Shown one piece after another: positions 1 through 10,477 of a stretch of 64,000 nucleotides of DNA. The DNA is taken from IMG/VR virus record IMGVR_UViG_3300045918_000470, positions 1 to 64,000 of that record; one strand, given 5' to 3'. The stretch comes from a virus. Numbering within the stretch: position 1 is the stretch's first letter; each line of letters opens with the position of its first letter. Below the pieces are notes generated by a model that saw only the letters and a list, made by a program, of their open reading frames with translations, did no database searches and was not told the DNA's origin. The position numbers and the translations under genes are program-made.

Positions 1-323
1 TTATATCCTGAAGTGTCAAAACGTTCAGAAGTTTGTTTTGCACGATTGTAAAAGCTCGGGTTAACTCCAACATCAAACTTGCTATGTAGTTTTATTTCTA
101 AACTCATAGCTTCTTCACGTGAATTAGATATACGTACTACCTTATATTTGTAATCTGATGGATTTAGTTTTTGATCTTCCTTGAATTCTTTATCTGTTGA
201 TGAAGAGAAGTACTTAATTCCTAAATTTAGTTTAGGATATTCATTACAAGATTTAACTCCGTAATAATGTTTATTTAATTTTGTGTTGGTAATTCGATAG
301 GTATAGTGGTATAAATATTGCAT
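1..323 (-). CDS. GIY-YIG (Seg-like) homing endonuclease, runs off the left edge
   Basis: Manual translation MQYLYHYTYRITNTKLNKHYYGVKS...EEAMSLEIKLHSKFDVGVNPSFYNRAKQT shows HYTY..YYG, a conserved E and the FYN motif; GGAG RBS upstream; not in the ORF track. Confidence 0.8.
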   Translation of the reverse strand, partial: MQYLYHYTYRITNTKLNKHYYGVKSCNEYPKLNLGIKYFSSSTDKEFKEDQKLNPSDYKYKVVRISNSREEAMSLEIKLHSKFDVGVNPSFYNRAKQTSERFDTSGY

Positions 324-411
324 GCTGCAGATCTCCAGGTTTGTAGAGTATATGGGTGTTAGAGCACCGTGATATACATTTTATGTATTTATTAAAATTG
401 AAAGTAGATTT

Positions 412-711
412 ATGATTAAAAAGTTAACTGATGAAAACATTGAATTATTTAGACCAGTTGCCGATGTTGTATTGGTTAAATGTGAGAAGAAGAAAAATAC
501 CACATCTAGTGGTATTATCTTAATAGAGCAGGAATCTGTTACTGAGCGTCCTGATAACGGCGTTGTAACCGTTATTGGTATTGAAGTAAAAGAAGTGCTT
601 GTAAACGATATTGTATATTTTACACAACAAACAGGGTATGATTTTTATGAGTCAGATGATTATCTATTTGTTCTAGTCCAAGAGTCCAAAATTCTTGGTC
701 TTATACGATAA
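412..711 (+). CDS. groES: GroES/Cpn10-like co-chaperonin (functional analogue of T4 gp31)
   Basis: FRPVADVVLV..TTSSGIILI..GVVTVIG..VNDIVYF..ESKILG follows the Cpn10 pattern. Confidence 0.85.
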   Translation: MIKKLTDENIELFRPVADVVLVKCEKKKNTTSSGIILIEQESVTERPDNGVVTVIGIEVKEVLVNDIVYFTQQTGYDFYESDDYLFVLVQESKILGLIR

Positions 712-2068
712 TACGTGGTGTTGAAATACTTGTATTAGTGACACAACATAGACTTCCACAAAACCATAATGAACCATCTGATTTTTCAAAGATGGTTGAT
801 TCTTCTGTACATACTATATTGCTTGGATTTAAAATTCCTGGAATTTGTGTGAATACATATCTACTATTAAAATCACCCAATACTAATTGACCATTACCAT
901 TAGCACCTGTACCCCACAATGTTCCATCAGATTTTTCAATGATAACATGAGATCCACCTACAGATATTTTATTTGGATTAGTAAAAGAATTATCTAATTG
1001 TATAGGATCATAATAACCATTATTTGTATTCCCTTGTCCTAACTGCCCACTGTAATTGACGCCGCATCTCCAAACAGTTCCATCAGATTTTTCAAAATAA
1101 ACAAAATTGTTATTGCTTCCGTTTGTACTTAGATACAACTTATCGATTGATGGGACATCAGGCAATAATTGAAATGACGTAAATTGTCCTCGAATGGTTA
1201 ACTCACCATTTCCGTTTCCATAATAACTACAACCCCATACCGTACCATCAGATTTTTCAATATATAGATTATAAGTGTACATTTTAAATCCATGTGCATT
1301 ATTAAATGATGCATCTAACTGAACTGGTGTACTATAATTATTTCCATATGAACCCGTACCAAAATGTCCTGCCCAATTATTACCACATACCCATAAGGTA
1401 CCATCTGCTTTATGAAATATGGTAGATTGCTCTGAACTACTTATATCAATAATATTATCAAATGAACTATCAAATTTTGTTAATGTTGGTCTTGATACAA
1501 AATCACCCAATCCTAATTGACCATTGCTATTATCCCCACAACCCCACAATGTTCCATCAGATTTTTTTATAAAATAAAATCCAAAGCCACGATAAAGTTT
1601 AGCACCATCCTGCACGAATGGTTTAAAATATGTATTTGTACCAATTGAGGAATCGTAACCAAAAAACATGTAGACATTGTTAAACATAGCTGATGTACCA
1701 TTCCTATTACTAAACAACTCAGTAGGATTTAATATATCTGTCCATGCGCTTCCATTCCATTTTAAAACAGTTTTTGAAACATCATTTATAATCCAATATT
1801 TCATATTGGTAGGATTTGATGTTAAAATAGGTAATTCTGTACTATATATCGTATCTTCAGAAGAAATATTCTTTAGAAAATCCAACTGGATAAGGTTGTT
1901 TGAATAATCAGTACCTGGTAATGCAGGTACATCGGGATTTACATTGAATGTCTTTGTTCCACCTATTGATTGATCGCCACTAGGTAGAACACGTAATGAC
2001 AACTCGTTGAGATTATTGTCCATATCATCTGTAGTGAGTGGTGTAGTTGAATCTTTTCTTAATAACAT
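701..2068 (-). CDS. Tail fibre/RBP-like protein with RCC1/BLIP-II beta-propeller repeats
   Basis: Shared N-terminal motif (LRKDSTTPLTTDDMDNNL..QSIGGTKTF) plus repeats KSDGTLWGCGxNxxGQLG. Confidence 0.75.
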   Translation of the reverse strand: MLLRKDSTTPLTTDDMDNNLNELSLRVLPSGDQSIGGTKTFNVNPDVPALPGTDYSNNLIQLDFLKNISSEDTIYSTELPILTSNPTNMKYWIINDVSKTVLKWNGSAWTDILNPTELFSNRNGTSAMFNNVYMFFGYDSSIGTNTYFKPFVQDGAKLYRGFGFYFIKKSDGTLWGCGDNSNGQLGLGDFVSRPTLTKFDSSFDNIIDISSSEQSTIFHKADGTLWVCGNNWAGHFGTGSYGNNYSTPVQLDASFNNAHGFKMYTYNLYIEKSDGTVWGCSYYGNGNGELTIRGQFTSFQLLPDVPSIDKLYLSTNGSNNNFVYFEKSDGTVWRCGVNYSGQLGQGNTNNGYYDPIQLDNSFTNPNKISVGGSHVIIEKSDGTLWGTGANGNGQLVLGDFNSRYVFTQIPGILNPSNIVCTEESTIFEKSDGSLWFCGSLCCVTNTSISTPRIIV

Positions 2069-2075
2069 GTTACCT

Positions 2076-3428
2076 CTATAATAAAATACCTAAGGTTGAT
2101 CTTCCGTTCTCATCAGGTCCACCTAATTGACCTGAGTTTGTGTATCCACAAGACCATAATGAACCATCTGATTTTTCTATGAATAATGTACCATATCCAC
2201 ATTCCATCTTGTTTGGATTTAAAATTCCAGGAATCTGTGTAAATACATTTCTATCAAGAGTATCACCTAATCCCAACTGACCACCATTATAACCACAGGA
2301 CCATACTGAACCATCTGATTTTTCAACAAATGATGCATAATAACCACATGCAATCTTATTTGGATTGTTTATATCTGTAATTTGTTCAAATGATGTTCTA
2401 TCAAGAGTATCACCTAATCCTAACCCACCATTACCATTAGCACCTGTACCCCATACTGTTCCATCAGATTTTTCAATGAAGGTATGGGCATATCCACATG
2501 CTATTTTTCTTGCGTTATCAAAACCTATAATATGTGTGAAGTCATATACATCACTATTAGCATTCAACCCAAGTTGACCATTATTATCATTTCCAGCGCC
2601 CCAGACGGTACCATCAGTTTTCTGAATTATTGTATGTCTATAACCCATTGATATTTGTAAAGGAGGATCTATTGGTAATTGCGTAGGAGTATAACAATCA
2701 TATGATCCACCAGTTCCATATTGTCCATGATCATTATATCCACAACCCCAGAATGTTCCATCAGATTTTTCAACTAATAACCCATTATATCCACAATATA
2801 CATTAATTGGATTATCAAAATCTGGTATCGCTTGCATAAACCCACTACTAGGATATGTATATCCACAAGACCATATCGTGTTATCGTTCAATTCGATAAT
2901 AATAGATTCAGCAAATGAATTACCATAAACTTTTTTAATATTATCAACACCTAAATCAAAAAATCCATAGAAATTTGTAGTTGTAGTTGATGATAAAGAA
3001 TTATTATTATTATATCCTGAACCATATAATCTTCCACCTTGAAAAATATATGACATATCATATGATGGAATGAGTGAGGTAGGATTAATAAATTTTAACC
3101 ATGATCCATTATTAAATGTGAGCACTTTCTTAACCGTTTTTTCTACATATATAATTGCAGATAGATTATTAAGATTTGACTTTAAATCGAGTGGAAGTGT
3201 ATCTGTTGTAATTACATTGGAAGATAGTGTATCCTTAGCATATTTTGATGTACACAAGGATTGTGAATTATCTAAAATACCTGTGACAATGGGAGATGAT
3301 GTAAAAGTCAACTTTCCATAAATCGTCTGATCTGTACTAAGGTCAACACGATTTGATAGATCAATGAGATTATTATCCATCTCCTCTGTTGTTAAAGGTG
3401 AACCTTTATCTAATCTTAGTGTAATCAT
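2076..3428 (-). CDS. Tail fibre/RBP-like protein with RCC1/BLIP-II repeats
   Basis: N-terminus LRLDKGSPLTTEEMDNNL; repeats EKSDGTVWGxGxNxxGQLGLG. Confidence 0.75.
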   Translation of the reverse strand: MITLRLDKGSPLTTEEMDNNLIDLSNRVDLSTDQTIYGKLTFTSSPIVTGILDNSQSLCTSKYAKDTLSSNVITTDTLPLDLKSNLNNLSAIIYVEKTVKKVLTFNNGSWLKFINPTSLIPSYDMSYIFQGGRLYGSGYNNNNSLSSTTTTNFYGFFDLGVDNIKKVYGNSFAESIIIELNDNTIWSCGYTYPSSGFMQAIPDFDNPINVYCGYNGLLVEKSDGTFWGCGYNDHGQYGTGGSYDCYTPTQLPIDPPLQISMGYRHTIIQKTDGTVWGAGNDNNGQLGLNANSDVYDFTHIIGFDNARKIACGYAHTFIEKSDGTVWGTGANGNGGLGLGDTLDRTSFEQITDINNPNKIACGYYASFVEKSDGSVWSCGYNGGQLGLGDTLDRNVFTQIPGILNPNKMECGYGTLFIEKSDGSLWSCGYTNSGQLGGPDENGRSTLGILL

Positions 3429-3437
3429 TTAATTTCC

Positions 3438-4034
3438 TTATACTACAGGAGGTGTTACATCTGCAGGTGTTGTAGGAGCATTTGCTCTTTTATCGTCACG
3501 AATTTTAATTGCATTTAGTTCATCTTCAGTTGTAGCTGCATCGATTAATTGATCAGTAGTTTGTTCTTTCAAAAACAATCCTTGGATATATTCACCTACT
3601 GCATTTGCTACCGCTGTAATTTCTGCAAGGCCAAGAGGTATAAATCCATTAGGACCTTTCCAGCTAATTGTAAGTGTAGGATTATTTGATAAGTATGTGA
3701 ATGCTGCAGTGATCATAGATTGTGAATCACGGTCAGTAGCAATACTCATATTATTAACAACAATTCCTTTATTTTCCATCATCTGTCTGTATAATTTTGC
3801 ATCTGTTTTTTTACGAACTTTTAATTCTCCAATAGTTACTATTGGTTGAAAATTGTTAACAAAATCATTTGCAATTTTAATTTCTTCTGGTGTCATAGGT
3901 GTGCGATCACCGCTGGTTAGTTTGAAACTATTGTACGGGTCAAGAATAAATGCATCACATTGAATTCCTGAGAATGATTGTGCATAACGAGTTCCATTTT
4001 TATCGAACTCAAGTACATTGTTTTGAAATCTCAT
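3438..4034 (-). CDS. DUF4376-like tail fibre assembly protein
   Basis: IATDRDSQSMITAA..WKGPNGF..IQGLFLKE..IDAATTEDELNAI pattern; lies among fibre genes. Confidence 0.65.
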   Translation of the reverse strand: MRFQNNVLEFDKNGTRYAQSFSGIQCDAFILDPYNSFKLTSGDRTPMTPEEIKIANDFVNNFQPIVTIGELKVRKKTDAKLYRQMMENKGIVVNNMSIATDRDSQSMITAAFTYLSNNPTLTISWKGPNGFIPLGLAEITAVANAVGEYIQGLFLKEQTTDQLIDAATTEDELNAIKIRDDKRANAPTTPADVTPPVV

Positions 4035-4058
4035 AAGGGTTCCTTTTTGTTTTATTTA

Positions 4059-5021
4059 TCAACGTGCAACAAATAATGATTCTTTATCACCAACCTGCAC
4101 AAAAGACACATTTATACCTGTGTATGTATTATATAGATCAAGTACCTCAAATGTTATAAATCGTGTAGAAGAAAATAAATGTGAAATAGGATAATTCCTT
4201 GTAGCACCTGATAATCCAGGGGTTCCATTAAGATCCGCAGGTTGAAATGTAATTTTTGATGGGTCAGTTAGAATAAACGATCCTTGGATAGCACCATTAC
4301 CATATGACGTCCCTGATATATCAGCTGCTGATATATCAAGAATTTTTGTACCTGTTGCATTATAGAAAAATATATCAGAATAATCATCTCTGCTCCAATT
4401 GCTCATTGTTTTTACATAATAAAATTGACCAAGATATGTGTTGTTTATATCATACATTCTAATGATGGTGTTTGCCCTATCATAAGGCCATGAATAATGA
4501 TACAAAAATAAATCAAATGATGCAATATCAAGGGGTATTTTTGAACTTTCAGGAAGAGAGTGATGTACTCCTGTCCCTATCCATGCATTGAAGTTATATA
4601 TATGCAATGGTCTAGTAATGTCTAAACCTACACCTACATAATACTTAAAGAAATGTGTTCCATCATCCAGTGTAAAATTTTCAGGGTGAGCATATTCTAT
4701 TATTGCACCGCCAACATTACGGATTTTTTTAATATCCCACATACCATTAATATATTGATAAACAGAAACAATAGATTTAGGATTATTTCCGGTGTATTGA
4801 ACCCATACTGTACTTGTGGGATTATTATCAGGATTTATAGGTGCTGAGGTACTAAAAATGAATGAGCGTGATTTTTTGAATGTGTCGAAATAAGATGTAG
4901 TAACAGCAGAGTTAGATGTCAAAGGACAATCTAACCCGGTGATGAAACCTTCAGCTTGAATATCTCCTATTGTATCATCTGATGTTCGTCCTACTATAAG
5001 TTTATTCGTAAAATTATCCAT
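4059..5021 (-). CDS. Putative tail fibre/structural protein
   Basis: Shares STSAPINPD..VW segment with neighbouring fibre genes; fibre cluster context. Confidence 0.45.
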   Translation of the reverse strand: MDNFTNKLIVGRTSDDTIGDIQAEGFITGLDCPLTSNSAVTTSYFDTFKKSRSFIFSTSAPINPDNNPTSTVWVQYTGNNPKSIVSVYQYINGMWDIKKIRNVGGAIIEYAHPENFTLDDGTHFFKYYVGVGLDITRPLHIYNFNAWIGTGVHHSLPESSKIPLDIASFDLFLYHYSWPYDRANTIIRMYDINNTYLGQFYYVKTMSNWSRDDYSDIFFYNATGTKILDISAADISGTSYGNGAIQGSFILTDPSKITFQPADLNGTPGLSGATRNYPISHLFSSTRFITFEVLDLYNTYTGINVSFVQVGDKESLFVAR

Positions 5022-5030
5022 AAAAATTCC

Positions 5031-5657
5031 TTATATTAGACTATCTAATTTATCGTTTAGTTCAGTAATTTTTTTGTCTTGTTCTTTAATTGCTTCAATC
5101 AATAATGCTACAAGATTTGAGTAACTAACTGAAAACATACCATCTGTATCCATAGACACAACTTCAGGAACAACCCGTGAAACGTCTTGAGCGATAAGAC
5201 CAATATTTTTATTAATCATCCCATCTTTCATATAACTAACACCATCAAGTAAAAGAACCTTATCAAGGGCATGTGTAATAGGTTCAATATATGATTTAAC
5301 CCGTCTATCAGATGTCTCGGTGATATTTCCTGAAACAATTAAGTTTGCATTGATAATAAGATCACCAGTCATAGTACCACCTGCAAGAGGCACCTTTGTA
5401 TTATCTTGTGCTGGGTGAGATGCAGCAAAATCTGTTAAAGCTGATTGAACAGTTGTTGCAACAAAATTAGCGTTAGCAGCCTTTGTTGATGTGTCACCGC
5501 TTGCTAGATTAGGAACGATTGGTGATGATGTAAATGTTTTTACACCTCCAATATTTTCGTTCCCTAGCAATGATACCTTTTTAGATATCTCCATAAAATT
5601 TCCATCTAACTCATCACGAGTCAATGGATCTGTTTTATCACGTCTTAATACTATCAT
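5031..5657 (-). CDS. Short fibre protein with C-terminal peptidase S74 intramolecular chaperone
   Basis: Shared N-terminal motif; TSDRRVK..ALDKV..IGLIAQDV..PEVV..SVSYSNLVALLIEAIKEQ. Confidence 0.8.
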   Translation of the reverse strand: MIVLRRDKTDPLTRDELDGNFMEISKKVSLLGNENIGGVKTFTSSPIVPNLASGDTSTKAANANFVATTVQSALTDFAASHPAQDNTKVPLAGGTMTGDLIINANLIVSGNITETSDRRVKSYIEPITHALDKVLLLDGVSYMKDGMINKNIGLIAQDVSRVVPEVVSMDTDGMFSVSYSNLVALLIEAIKEQDKKITELNDKLDSLI

Positions 5658-5668
5658 TTGTTATTCCT

Positions 5669-6445
5669 TTAGAAAAAATTAATTGTTATTCTATTTGTAG
5701 AAACATTAGATGTATATGCTTCTACATAATACATATCACCAGGAATAAGATTTGGATTAACACCATTTCCATTTGAATCAAATACATTACCACTAGTGCC
5801 CATTGCACCTTCAAACCAAAAATAACACCACGAACATCCAGGAGGACATATAGCTTTTAACCATAATGTTGGAGATGTATTAGCTATATGATCTAATGTA
5901 TAGAAAACATTAGGAGTAATTAAAATCGCATCTGCGAAACTTGAACCGGTCGCGGGGATATCCCACGAACCATCCCAATAATATATATCAAGAATTGACC
6001 TAGGAACATTTGATGAAACCTTAATCCATATTTTTCTTGAAGGAGATAAATCAGGATTTACTGGCGTAGTTGTGCTTACAGTGACATTACCTAATAATGA
6101 GGTAATGTCACTGCATGTTTTAGTATTGATAATCTTATTAGAAATATCAGAAACATCAGGGACTTTCATTGATGAAAACACAAAATCTCCTGTTATTTCT
6201 TGATCCATATTATAATTTAAACTACTAACTATAACATCATCGATTTTATCATTAACATTTTTTGTATTGATTAATTTATTTGAATTATCATTTAAAGGAA
6301 CATCATCACATTCAATACTCGTAAATGTTTTTATTCCGTTTACAATTTGATCTGTTGTGAGGGTTACACGATTTTCTAACTCGAGTAGATTATTATCCAT
6401 CTCGTTTGTTGATAATGGCGAACCTTTTTCTACACGTAAAATCAT
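5669..6445 (-). CDS. Tail fibre-like protein
   Basis: N-terminus LRVEKGSPLSTNEMDNNL..DQIVNGIKTF. Confidence 0.6.
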   Translation of the reverse strand: MILRVEKGSPLSTNEMDNNLLELENRVTLTTDQIVNGIKTFTSIECDDVPLNDNSNKLINTKNVNDKIDDVIVSSLNYNMDQEITGDFVFSSMKVPDVSDISNKIINTKTCSDITSLLGNVTVSTTTPVNPDLSPSRKIWIKVSSNVPRSILDIYYWDGSWDIPATGSSFADAILITPNVFYTLDHIANTSPTLWLKAICPPGCSWCYFWFEGAMGTSGNVFDSNGNGVNPNLIPGDMYYVEAYTSNVSTNRITINFF

Positions 6446-6454
6446 AGTTATTCC

Positions 6455-6811
6455 TTATACAATTAATGATCTAGCAGTTTTTCTCTTTTCAAGAATATCC
6501 GCATATTTTGTTATTAGATCATGAACATCCTCAGATGTACCTAAAACACTAGCTTCAGATATTTTAGTAACAACATAATCTGTTGATGCAAGATACAATG
6601 ATTGTTCTTGATTGATAGAATCTTGAACCTCTTTTGCAATCTGTTCAGGTGTAAGTGAAATATCTTCAACAACTTTTTTCTTTTTGTTATAAACCCTACC
6701 TAAATCATTAGTAGTTATAAGTTCATTATTAATCAAAATTCCTTGAAGAACTGATGGTTCGTATGAATGAACTGCGATTATTATATTTGATTTATCTATT
6801 TCTGCATACAT
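6455..6811 (-). CDS. Putative tail fibre assembly chaperone
   Basis: YLASTDYVVTK..ILEKRKTARSLI C-terminus, similar to 42724..43080; follows a fibre gene. Confidence 0.55.
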   Translation of the reverse strand: MYAEIDKSNIIIAVHSYEPSVLQGILINNELITTNDLGRVYNKKKKVVEDISLTPEQIAKEVQDSINQEQSLYLASTDYVVTKISEASVLGTSEDVHDLITKYADILEKRKTARSLIV

Positions 6812-6820
6812 ATTTTTTCC

Positions 6821-7780
6821 TTATTTTGCCCAGATTGCAAGGTAGTTTACTGTTCCAAGTGCACGTTGCTCAGTATTTCCTGACTGTATTCGAATCTTGT
6901 CACCAAACACAGTATAATAACAATATATACTATCGTTTGCATCAACACCACCAGCAAAATTCGTTTGCTTCATTGAGGGAATAAATCCTACAAGATTTCC
7001 CATAGAATATCCTGATGGTGGATAGACATCAGCATAGTTCTGACTGCTTGAAGGACCTTGTCCTACTCCTGATTGAAGTGAGTTTAATGTCAATGTACCG
7101 TATGTCACCAACCAACCCATACCTCCCGCAGGTCCTTGTGGACCTTGTGGTCCTGAAGGACCTTGTGGGCCTTGTGGACCTGAAGCACCTGAACCCGCAG
7201 ATAATCCAGAAGTAACAGCTTTAACAAATGCCGTTGTTGCGACCTTTGTGGAATTATCATTAGTTGTTGGTGTAGGTGCTAACGGACTAACACTAAACGT
7301 CTTAACGCCTGAAATTGATTGGGCAGTGCTAAGCGTACAAAAATTAGTTTGATCAGCAGTTGGTAATTGGATATCTGTTGTACCATCAAATACTACACCA
7401 TTAATTTTTCGTCCTACTTTCAATGCGTTAGCCGTACCAGCATTTCCTGATATATCTGTAACTAATCCATCACTAAATGTTTTTGCACCTTTAAATGTTT
7501 GAGCAAAATCTGTAATCGTAACACCACTAAGTGTTTGTGCAGGTAATGTAATATCAGATGTACCATCAAATGTAACACCATTAATTTTACGTGGTGTGAA
7601 TAATCGTGTTGATGTAGTTGCATTTCCAGTAAGATTACCAATAATAGGTGAACTAAATGTTTTCGTACCTGCAATGGTTTCAGTTTCTGTCTTGCTTACT
7701 TTTGTAGTATCAAGATATACGAGATTATTGTCCATCTCATCATATGTTAATGCAGATCCTTTTGTTGATCGTAAAATCAT
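6821..7780 (-). CDS. Tail fibre with collagen-like GPQ segment
   Basis: Shared N-terminal motif; RKINGVxFDGTxDI repeats; GPQGPQGPSGPQGPQGP. Confidence 0.75.
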   Translation of the reverse strand: MILRSTKGSALTYDEMDNNLVYLDTTKVSKTETETIAGTKTFSSPIIGNLTGNATTSTRLFTPRKINGVTFDGTSDITLPAQTLSGVTITDFAQTFKGAKTFSDGLVTDISGNAGTANALKVGRKINGVVFDGTTDIQLPTADQTNFCTLSTAQSISGVKTFSVSPLAPTPTTNDNSTKVATTAFVKAVTSGLSAGSGASGPQGPQGPSGPQGPQGPAGGMGWLVTYGTLTLNSLQSGVGQGPSSSQNYADVYPPSGYSMGNLVGFIPSMKQTNFAGGVDANDSIYCYYTVFGDKIRIQSGNTEQRALGTVNYLAIWAK

Positions 7781-7846
7781 ATATATCTTCCTTTCTATTT
7801 TCTATTATTTATTATCTCATTCATAAATAAAAATAAAAGGTAACCT

Positions 7847-8170
7847 ATGGAATTAAATTTACAGGAATATTTTCTCCTACAACCAGAATTATACGAGACA
7901 CGTAACGGAAAATTATTTGAGGCAATCTACAAGGATGATGAAGTGGTTATTGCATTAAATTATCCTATTGAAGAAACAACGGAAGAGAATACACGATTAT
8001 ATCCACGTGTAATCGACATTGATTATTTTAAGAAAGAATATCAACTAAAAAATTTACCACAAGATTTTAGAACAATAAATTTTAAACAGAAAAAGATGGC
8101 AATTCAATTGGTGCTCAAGCAACTCTCATTAGTATCTGATGAGGTCAAAGAAGGGTCTAATGAAGCTTAA
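7847..8170 (+). CDS. Hypothetical protein
   Basis: ORF with AAGG RBS downstream of CATAAATA. Confidence 0.6.
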   Translation: MELNLQEYFLLQPELYETRNGKLFEAIYKDDEVVIALNYPIEETTEENTRLYPRVIDIDYFKKEYQLKNLPQDFRTINFKQKKMAIQLVLKQLSLVSDEVKEGSNEA

Positions 8171-8399
8171 TGATAATAATACCGAGGTGATTATATTCAT
8201 CGAGGATGAAATGAGTTTTGAAGGTTTTCTTGAAAAGATTTTTTCTGCAGATCTATCAGATGAGGTGTTTGAAAAAAGGATTTTCGAATACGTCGATTTA
8301 TTGATAATCGAGGTAGCAAAAACCCTTCATATTGATTTTGAAGAGGCGAAAGATTTATATGATGAATATCTCACAAGAAATATTCTTGATGTTATCTGA
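8160..8399 (+). CDS. Hypothetical acidic protein (start at ATG 8160 preferred over 8139)
   Basis: ORF coupled to the previous gene. Confidence 0.5.
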   Translation: MKLNDNNTEVIIFIEDEMSFEGFLEKIFSADLSDEVFEKRIFEYVDLLIIEVAKTLHIDFEEAKDLYDEYLTRNILDVI

Positions 8400-8948
8400 T
8401 TATTCGTACACGACATTATAAGTCGTACCATCAGCTTCGAAGCTGGAAACCCCAGCAACATCAAAATTAAACAGATTGTATTTAAGTCGGTTATTATAAC
8501 CCATAATCATATCATTTTCTGAATATAAGATATCCTTAAAATCATCTGATATATTGTTAAATGTTCGTCTTATATCAACTAACTTTCCTTCATTATCTCT
8601 AGTATAAACCCATTCAGTTTTATTCCCATCTTTTGTTTCATCAAATGATTTTATGAGATTATTCTCATAAACAAATCTGATTATTCTGCTATTCGATAAC
8701 AACCCTGTTAAAAGGTTGTTTGTGAAGGATGGTTGAAAAATTTCTTTAACCCCATCCTTCTCATAAATCATTCTACTAAACCCTTTAATTTCCATCTCAG
8801 TAAGAAATAATGATGTTATATTAAATCCCATATATTCCACTGGAAATGTAGGATATTTGTCATTAAACAAAAATGTAAGTGACTCAGTATCTGATGAGAT
8901 ACTCTTCAAGAATTTTTTAGTATTATAATTTATAACTTCAGTGATCAT
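8400..8948 (-). CDS. YD-repeat-like hypothetical protein
   Basis: FVYENNLIKS and VYTRDNEGKLVDI segments. Confidence 0.45.
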   Translation of the reverse strand: MITEVINYNTKKFLKSISSDTESLTFLFNDKYPTFPVEYMGFNITSLFLTEMEIKGFSRMIYEKDGVKEIFQPSFTNNLLTGLLSNSRIIRFVYENNLIKSFDETKDGNKTEWVYTRDNEGKLVDIRRTFNNISDDFKDILYSENDMIMGYNNRLKYNLFNFDVAGVSSFEADGTTYNVVYE

Positions 8949-10477
8949 AATGAACCTCCTTTAACAACTTCAAATAATCCTGATATCTTATAATCACCTA
9001 TATGTGTCGATATAGGTGAATCAACTAATGTATCACATGTAATGGGTTCGTTGTTTTTATTGTATGTAATGCTACCTACACGAGTCTTCCCAAAGTGATC
9101 AAATATATCATTCACCTGATTATTATCAGAAAGTTTAAACACCCATTTACCTAACTTATCTAAACCTGATGCAACATAATCATGATCAATTTTAAATGTT
9201 CTATCTTTCGGATTATATGGATTTCTGTTATAAACAAATGAGGCAAACCATTGGGATATTGCATCATTACCAATATAATATGTTGATATTTGTGTTATTT
9301 TATTCTTGGTATAAAAGTAACGAATTGATCCTACTTTTTCCATTGTTGGGTAGAACAACATATCAAGACTTCGAATCTTCCCACGTGTATAGTTTGGTAT
9401 GAATCTGTAATACATTAAACCATTGAATTCAAAATCCATTGAGTCAATATATGTCTGCTCACCATTCATATCTAGATTAAACTTACATAGATTTATTACA
9501 CTACTATCAGGTGCAATCACACCTAGTATTGGAAATCTGTTTACATTTACTTTTGTTATATCATAATTGTAAGTAAGTTTTGCGGGAATACCATCGATTA
9601 ATATATCTACAGTTGTTATTCGTACAGGCTCATTAAATTTATAAACCACTTGTGATTTATCTGCATATTCAAGTCTATTTTTGAATACTTTAAACCATAA
9701 AGATTTTGTAGTAGTTGTCTTATAAACCGCTACTAATGAACCAACAGAATTATATTGCATATCAATTCTTTTGTATGGGGTACCAGTACATAAGATATAT
9801 TGAAGTTTATCTCCTGCATATTTAAATGTAAATGTTGCATCAATAATATATTTCAATCGCCCTAATGAATCCTTACGAAAACTATACTCATCCATTCTAT
9901 CAAGTAATCCATTAACATAAGCGAAATTTACTTTCCATTGTTCTGCAGGTGTGTTTGTATTAGTTCCTAAAACTGATTGAATTTTTCCATCGTAATAGTA
10001 AGGAACAATTTGAATTGATGTGTCATAATTTGAAATACCATTACACTGTGCTTGAGTTCCCATACAATCAATACTATCAAATCCAATCTCTCTAAGAATA
10101 CTAACTGGTGCACGATTTACTTCAGGAACAGATTTATCATTATCAAAATAATATTCAATCTTCTTGAGTACATTGAATTCTGATATTTTTGCATAGGAAT
10201 CTGGTCGTTTCCAAAATTCATTGTATTGTGAATTATCTGCTTGTTTTACCACATATTCTTCACGAGTAGTATGATCAATTATTTTTTGTACTTCGTCGTT
10301 AACATCACGTGAAAATGTGATCAATTTTTCCATGGGTTCAGTGCTTGTGTCTTTAACTGTTACAAGTTTACCCGTGTTATAGAAAAGATCATATGTTACA
10401 GGTGTGTTTGCATTATCAGCAATCGCAACCTGTGTATATTCAACATCTTTAACGAATGTATATACTCTAGTGCTCAT
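8945..10477 (-). CDS. YD/RHS-repeat-like protein
   Basis: FYNTGKLVTV, YYYDGKIQSV, AYVNGLLDRM, KDSLGRLKYI, QYNSVGSLVAV. Confidence 0.55.
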   Translation of the reverse strand: MSTRVYTFVKDVEYTQVAIADNANTPVTYDLFYNTGKLVTVKDTSTEPMEKLITFSRDVNDEVQKIIDHTTREEYVVKQADNSQYNEFWKRPDSYAKISEFNVLKKIEYYFDNDKSVPEVNRAPVSILREIGFDSIDCMGTQAQCNGISNYDTSIQIVPYYYDGKIQSVLGTNTNTPAEQWKVNFAYVNGLLDRMDEYSFRKDSLGRLKYIIDATFTFKYAGDKLQYILCTGTPYKRIDMQYNSVGSLVAVYKTTTTKSLWFKVFKNRLEYADKSQVVYKFNEPVRITTVDILIDGIPAKLTYNYDITKVNVNRFPILGVIAPDSSVINLCKFNLDMNGEQTYIDSMDFEFNGLMYYRFIPNYTRGKIRSLDMLFYPTMEKVGSIRYFYTKNKITQISTYYIGNDAISQWFASFVYNRNPYNPKDRTFKIDHDYVASGLDKLGKWVFKLSDNNQVNDIFDHFGKTRVGSITYNKNNEPITCDTLVDSPISTHIGDYKISGLFEVVKGGSL

